17,869 bases of DNA, taken from the NCBI GenBank assembly GCA_009859145.1, contig VRVR01000009.1, positions 315,621 to 333,489 on the forward strand, written 5' to 3'. The position numbers were made by a program, and so were the translations under genes. Positions 14,509 to 17,869 of this stretch are shown piece after piece. How positions within the stretch are numbered: the stretch's first letter is position 1; each line of letters opens with the position of its first letter. The stretch is from Andalucia godoyi And28 (Eukaryota > Protista > Jakobida). Under the pieces are notes generated by a model, which was not told the DNA's origin, did no database searches, and was given only the letters and a program-made list of their open reading frames with translations.

Positions 14509-15081
14509 TCACGGATGGTTCAGGCACAAATCGATCTGATAGTTGGAAATCGAGACATGGTACTGCGCCATGTTGTGAGCATTGACAACCCCAGGGCCCA
14601 CACCGAAGACAATGTGGCCCCAATCAGCGTCTCCCTTCACCGCGCACACGGTTCCTGCAGTAACCTCACGTTCTGAAACGGAAACCCAGCCCTTGGCAAG
14701 CAAGTAGTCCGTAAGACAGTTTCCGGAACCACAATTCCCATCGCGCTTTCCCACAACATTGAGGTCGTACGCTACTCCGTCGTGCTCGACGGCGCTGTAG
14801 TCACCCAGCGTACCGCACTTAGGCTTCGGAACTACTCCGCCAGCCGCCAAGGCGTGCGCAACGTATGGAGCACATCCGTACGGATCCTGCCAAGATCGAT
14901 CGGGAACGGTGCTGCAGCCTTCACAAGGAGGCGCTTTGCCGTCGCAGTTCCACGTTTGGTCTGCAAACTGCACGGCTGCTGCGACATCAAAAGAGCCTCC
15001 TGCTCGCACAGCTGTCATGCAGGAGAACGCGATCAGCGCCACTGCCATGCAGACAAGCAATCTGGAGATGTTTTTCGGCAT
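14509..15081 (-). CDS. Secreted NlpC/P60-superfamily (Amidase_6-like) cysteine hydrolase, 190 aa
   Basis: Signal peptide about 1-27; FDVAAAVQFADQTW resembles YDR.AAV.YA..W; GCAPYVAHALAAGG resembles DC.NFVSQ.L.AGG (Cys70); LTDYLLAKGW; GHIVFG (His156); VNAHN (His169). Confidence 0.75.
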   Translation of the reverse strand: MPKNISRLLVCMAVALIAFSCMTAVRAGGSFDVAAAVQFADQTWNCDGKAPPCEGCSTVPDRSWQDPYGCAPYVAHALAAGGVVPKPKCGTLGDYSAVEHDGVAYDLNVVGKRDGNCGSGNCLTDYLLAKGWVSVSEREVTAGTVCAVKGDADWGHIVFGVGPGVVNAHNMAQYHVSISNYQIDLCLNHP

Positions 15082-15651
15082 TTGCTTTCTTTCTTGTTTT
15101 TTCTTTTCTTTTTTATAGACTTTTTCCTTTTCCCAATGAAATCCGAAAAGAAATCAATGAATAAAGAATGAATATAGTTTTAATGTTTTATATTATTAAA
15201 AAAAAAAAAAAAAACGGCAAAAAGGAAAAGAAAAAGAAAATACATTCTCCGCTAAGGCCCTCGCAGGATCTCCTATAAAGAAATGAGAGCCGTGGACAGC
15301 CGACTGCTCCGCCACACGTTATCGGCGCGTCTACTTGCGTTGCAGCTCATGAACGTTTACTGAACTATGTACTGCATTTCCAAGGTATTTTGTTTGGCTA
15401 ATCAATTCGTTTGTGATGGAGAATGTCCAAGTTCTGATTTTCCAGAGCCAAAAATCCGTTGTTAACGCCCCTCACGCCGTCGGGAAGGGTGCTGCTGCTC
15501 CCACAACCATTCACGAATAGAACACCTGCCACGGCGGCAGTCAGCGAGCATCTGAGCAATCTATTTATAAGAACTCACGTCTTGCGAATCAGAAGTAAGA
15601 TGCACCGATCAGATATCTAGTATTTTTCAGCCCAACCAGAAGTGACGACTC

Positions 15652-16737
15652 TCACGAAGTCACGAATGGAGAATCATTGCTATAGTCAGCAACCGGATCC
15701 AATCGTTTCAAGCAATACAAGTCGGACACAGACTCCCGTCCACGCAGCGTTTCCCTTCCAAGTGCTGAAACTGTCCATGCGGACGCAAGAGGATCCCACA
15801 TGATGCCCTCGACGACGGACCGCGAAACAATGATTCTTTCTCCATATTTCTTTCCAAGCCCTTGCAGCCTGGAAGCGATGTTCACAACATCACCCATGAC
15901 TGTGTACTGTACTCGATGGCCCGGAGCTCCGAAGTTGCCACAAAAGCAAGCTCCGGAAGCAATACCAACCCGAATCTGCAGCAAGTCCCGTCCTTGAATC
16001 TGCCAATTTTTGTGGAGACTCGTGAGAACATCAAAGCAAGCGACGGCAGCTCGAACGGCTCTTACATCATGGGAATGATTGGCAAGTGCGGGGAAGAAGC
16101 ACATCAGGCAGTCACCCACAACCTTGTCCACGACACCTTGTTGAGCTACAATTTCAGCAGCAAATACGCCGAACGCGTCGTTCATCTGTTGCAGGAGCGC
16201 CAGCGAATCACCGCGGGATCCCCGTCGAGATGCTAATTGACCTGTGTAGTTCTCGATATCCAGAAACACCACTGCGGCATTGATCATTTGCGGAGACCCA
16301 TCGCAGCCATCCATCATCTTCTGCAGCGCTGGAGACGGGACGAACTTCGGTATCTCTGTGGCCAGGTTCTGCAGACGCAACAAATTTTGTGCGATATTCG
16401 CAACAACCTCAGACACCCCCAAATTACAGGGGCTGTTCACAGTATGCTGCAGTGCAGTTCCCAGAGACTTTTCAAGCCCGTGATGCGTGCGCTTCATCAG
16501 CTTCCACATGCAATACAGGGCATACAAGGAACCTTCCAAGAGGAATACTACGGCACACAACACAGATCGAATGGCAAATGGGCTGAGCTGATTCTCCATC
16601 ACTTGGGACGTTGCAAGGCAGGTTAACGGGATAATTGCAATGAGGCAACGTAGCAATCCACAATTGCACAACACTCGTGGGACAAAGTCGAGCACAGCTC
16701 GGTACCACTGCACTGACTTCCTCATTCTCGTTCGCAA
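15652..16737 (-). CDS. Class III nucleotidyl cyclase, probably adenylyl cyclase (class IIIb-like), membrane-anchored; true start uncertain (ATGs at 16725 and 16599)
   Basis: VVFLDIENYT (metal Asp 1), DKVVGDCLM (Lys, metal Asp 2), IRVGIASG, GNFG..RVQYTVMGDVVNIASRLQ (Thr, Asn, Arg); one or two hydrophobic helices upstream. Confidence 0.9.
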   Translation of the reverse strand: MRTRMRKSVQWYRAVLDFVPRVLCNCGLLRCLIAIIPLTCLATSQVMENQLSPFAIRSVLCAVVFLLEGSLYALYCMWKLMKRTHHGLEKSLGTALQHTVNSPCNLGVSEVVANIAQNLLRLQNLATEIPKFVPSPALQKMMDGCDGSPQMINAAVVFLDIENYTGQLASRRGSRGDSLALLQQMNDAFGVFAAEIVAQQGVVDKVVGDCLMCFFPALANHSHDVRAVRAAVACFDVLTSLHKNWQIQGRDLLQIRVGIASGACFCGNFGAPGHRVQYTVMGDVVNIASRLQGLGKKYGERIIVSRSVVEGIMWDPLASAWTVSALGRETLRGRESVSDLYCLKRLDPVADYSNDSPFVTS

Positions 16738-17869
16738 GTGCTTTTCATAGAACCGAATGGAATAACGAAGCGTTTTTCAATCCGGAAATCTTTGGAACAA
16801 ATCGACATTGATCATTTCACGAGAGGCTCGGCATGAAGCTTCGAAGAGATTGTCAAGTCAAAAAACGCGCTTTTTGCGCTGTGATATGCTGGAACTTCCC
16901 GATTCCAGCTTTCTGGAAAGTCTTCCAAAATAGAAACCGTCTTGCCAAATTCTTGAGTCGCTTGAGAGCTGGAAGTGATGCTGCACTCCTACGCGTGGCA
17001 GAAGTCTCGTCGCAGTGTCGTGATGATGCAAGCAGAACATGATTGATTTTCTGATTTGCAGAATTTGCGATTTTCAGCTCCGTAACCGCTCACACGAGGA
17101 ACCTCGGCAAGAGGTGGAATAAGCTGAATCTGGAAAATGCCGTAGCCTTTCTGAAGCAAAACATTTCGTGCGAATTCGTGGTATCCACAGCCTCTTACAA
17201 AATCCCGGAGTGGAAATGCTTCGGCAATTTAGAATTTCCAGCTGTGTGTGATAATTGACGCGTGTCGAGCAAGAAAAGCGAATGTTCGATGCACTCTTTT
17301 GTGCTTGGTCCTCTCTTCCTGTTTGGTCTAAATATAGTCCAGTCATCTTCCCGTTTTGGCAACCGTCGTCGTAACCTCTCCTGGATGCTGTTGAATAATA
17401 ACACGTCATTGTCATGCATACAGAAGGAAAGTATACATAAACAGACACGGTCAATACTGGCCGACACTAGCACGTTTGTTTCACAGGAATTCGTGCTTAC
17501 GCGTAGCCATCTATCATTCGTTCAGCGCACTGCCAAGAGGCGAACTTCCAAGACACGATCTCGTATCTCCAGGTGCATCAATCGCTGCAAGCTAGGGCCG
17601 TCAGAATCAAAATGCACCCTTCTCAGGAATAACGTGTCATGCTGAGAAAGTGGCTCACCGATTGATCGAGATTGGAGCGGAGCGCGGAACATTTATCTGA
17701 AGAACGCCGTGAGGCGTGTTGGGGCCTATCCCCTTCGCGACAACGAGATGCAAGTTTGAATATGCATATCTACGAATAGACATGCATGCTCAGTGTATAA
17801 TGTAGGCGTCATCGATTGTGCCCTTCTTGCTGTTTCCGAGCTCTCTGTGGTACTTTTCGACAGAGGAGA

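Noticed and set aside
14027-14623. 198-aa minus-strand ORF overlapping the amidase end; could be joined in frame by an intron 14512-14418
   Set aside because: It translates a purine microsatellite and a poly-G run, has no motif and no clear branch point, and runs into the repeat module. Kept only as a junction to test.
1-17869. Genome-wide UGA reassignment, CRISPR arrays, rRNA/tRNA genes, transposase or RT genes
   Set aside because: Conserved genes are uninterrupted with Trp as TGG, and TGA ends several ORFs. No regularly spaced repeats, rRNA/tRNA structures or mobile-element protein motifs were seen.

Overview
Gene-dense eukaryotic window, probably a microbial eukaryote (lineage not determinable here), with almost intron-free coding regions. 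It holds nine complete or near-complete protein genes plus the 3' end of a tenth: mS29/DAP3-like, CCT7, UBC9, a small basic protein, FAM184-like coiled coil, a pepsin-family protease, a GT15-like mannosyltransferase, a secreted NlpC/P60 (Amidase_6-like) enzyme and a class III nucleotidyl cyclase. Two observations stand out. (1) The pepsin-family protease at 10424-11929 appears circularly permuted: the flap and the C-terminal lobe come first, while a propeptide-like segment and the normally N-terminal 'Y..ELSIGNP..VIVDTGSS' catalytic motif sit at the C-terminus, just before a transmembrane helix. (2) A diverged non-coding module of about 340 nt occurs twice in inverted orientation (5547-5886 and 13813-14153). 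Each copy ends at a conserved 5' splice donor that could splice it, as a leader exon, onto two unrelated genes. Most genes also show a splice-acceptor-like site 0-25 nt before the ATG. There are two candidate box C/D snoRNAs and several microsatellites. All alignments and family calls were made by eye from motifs; no database search was run.
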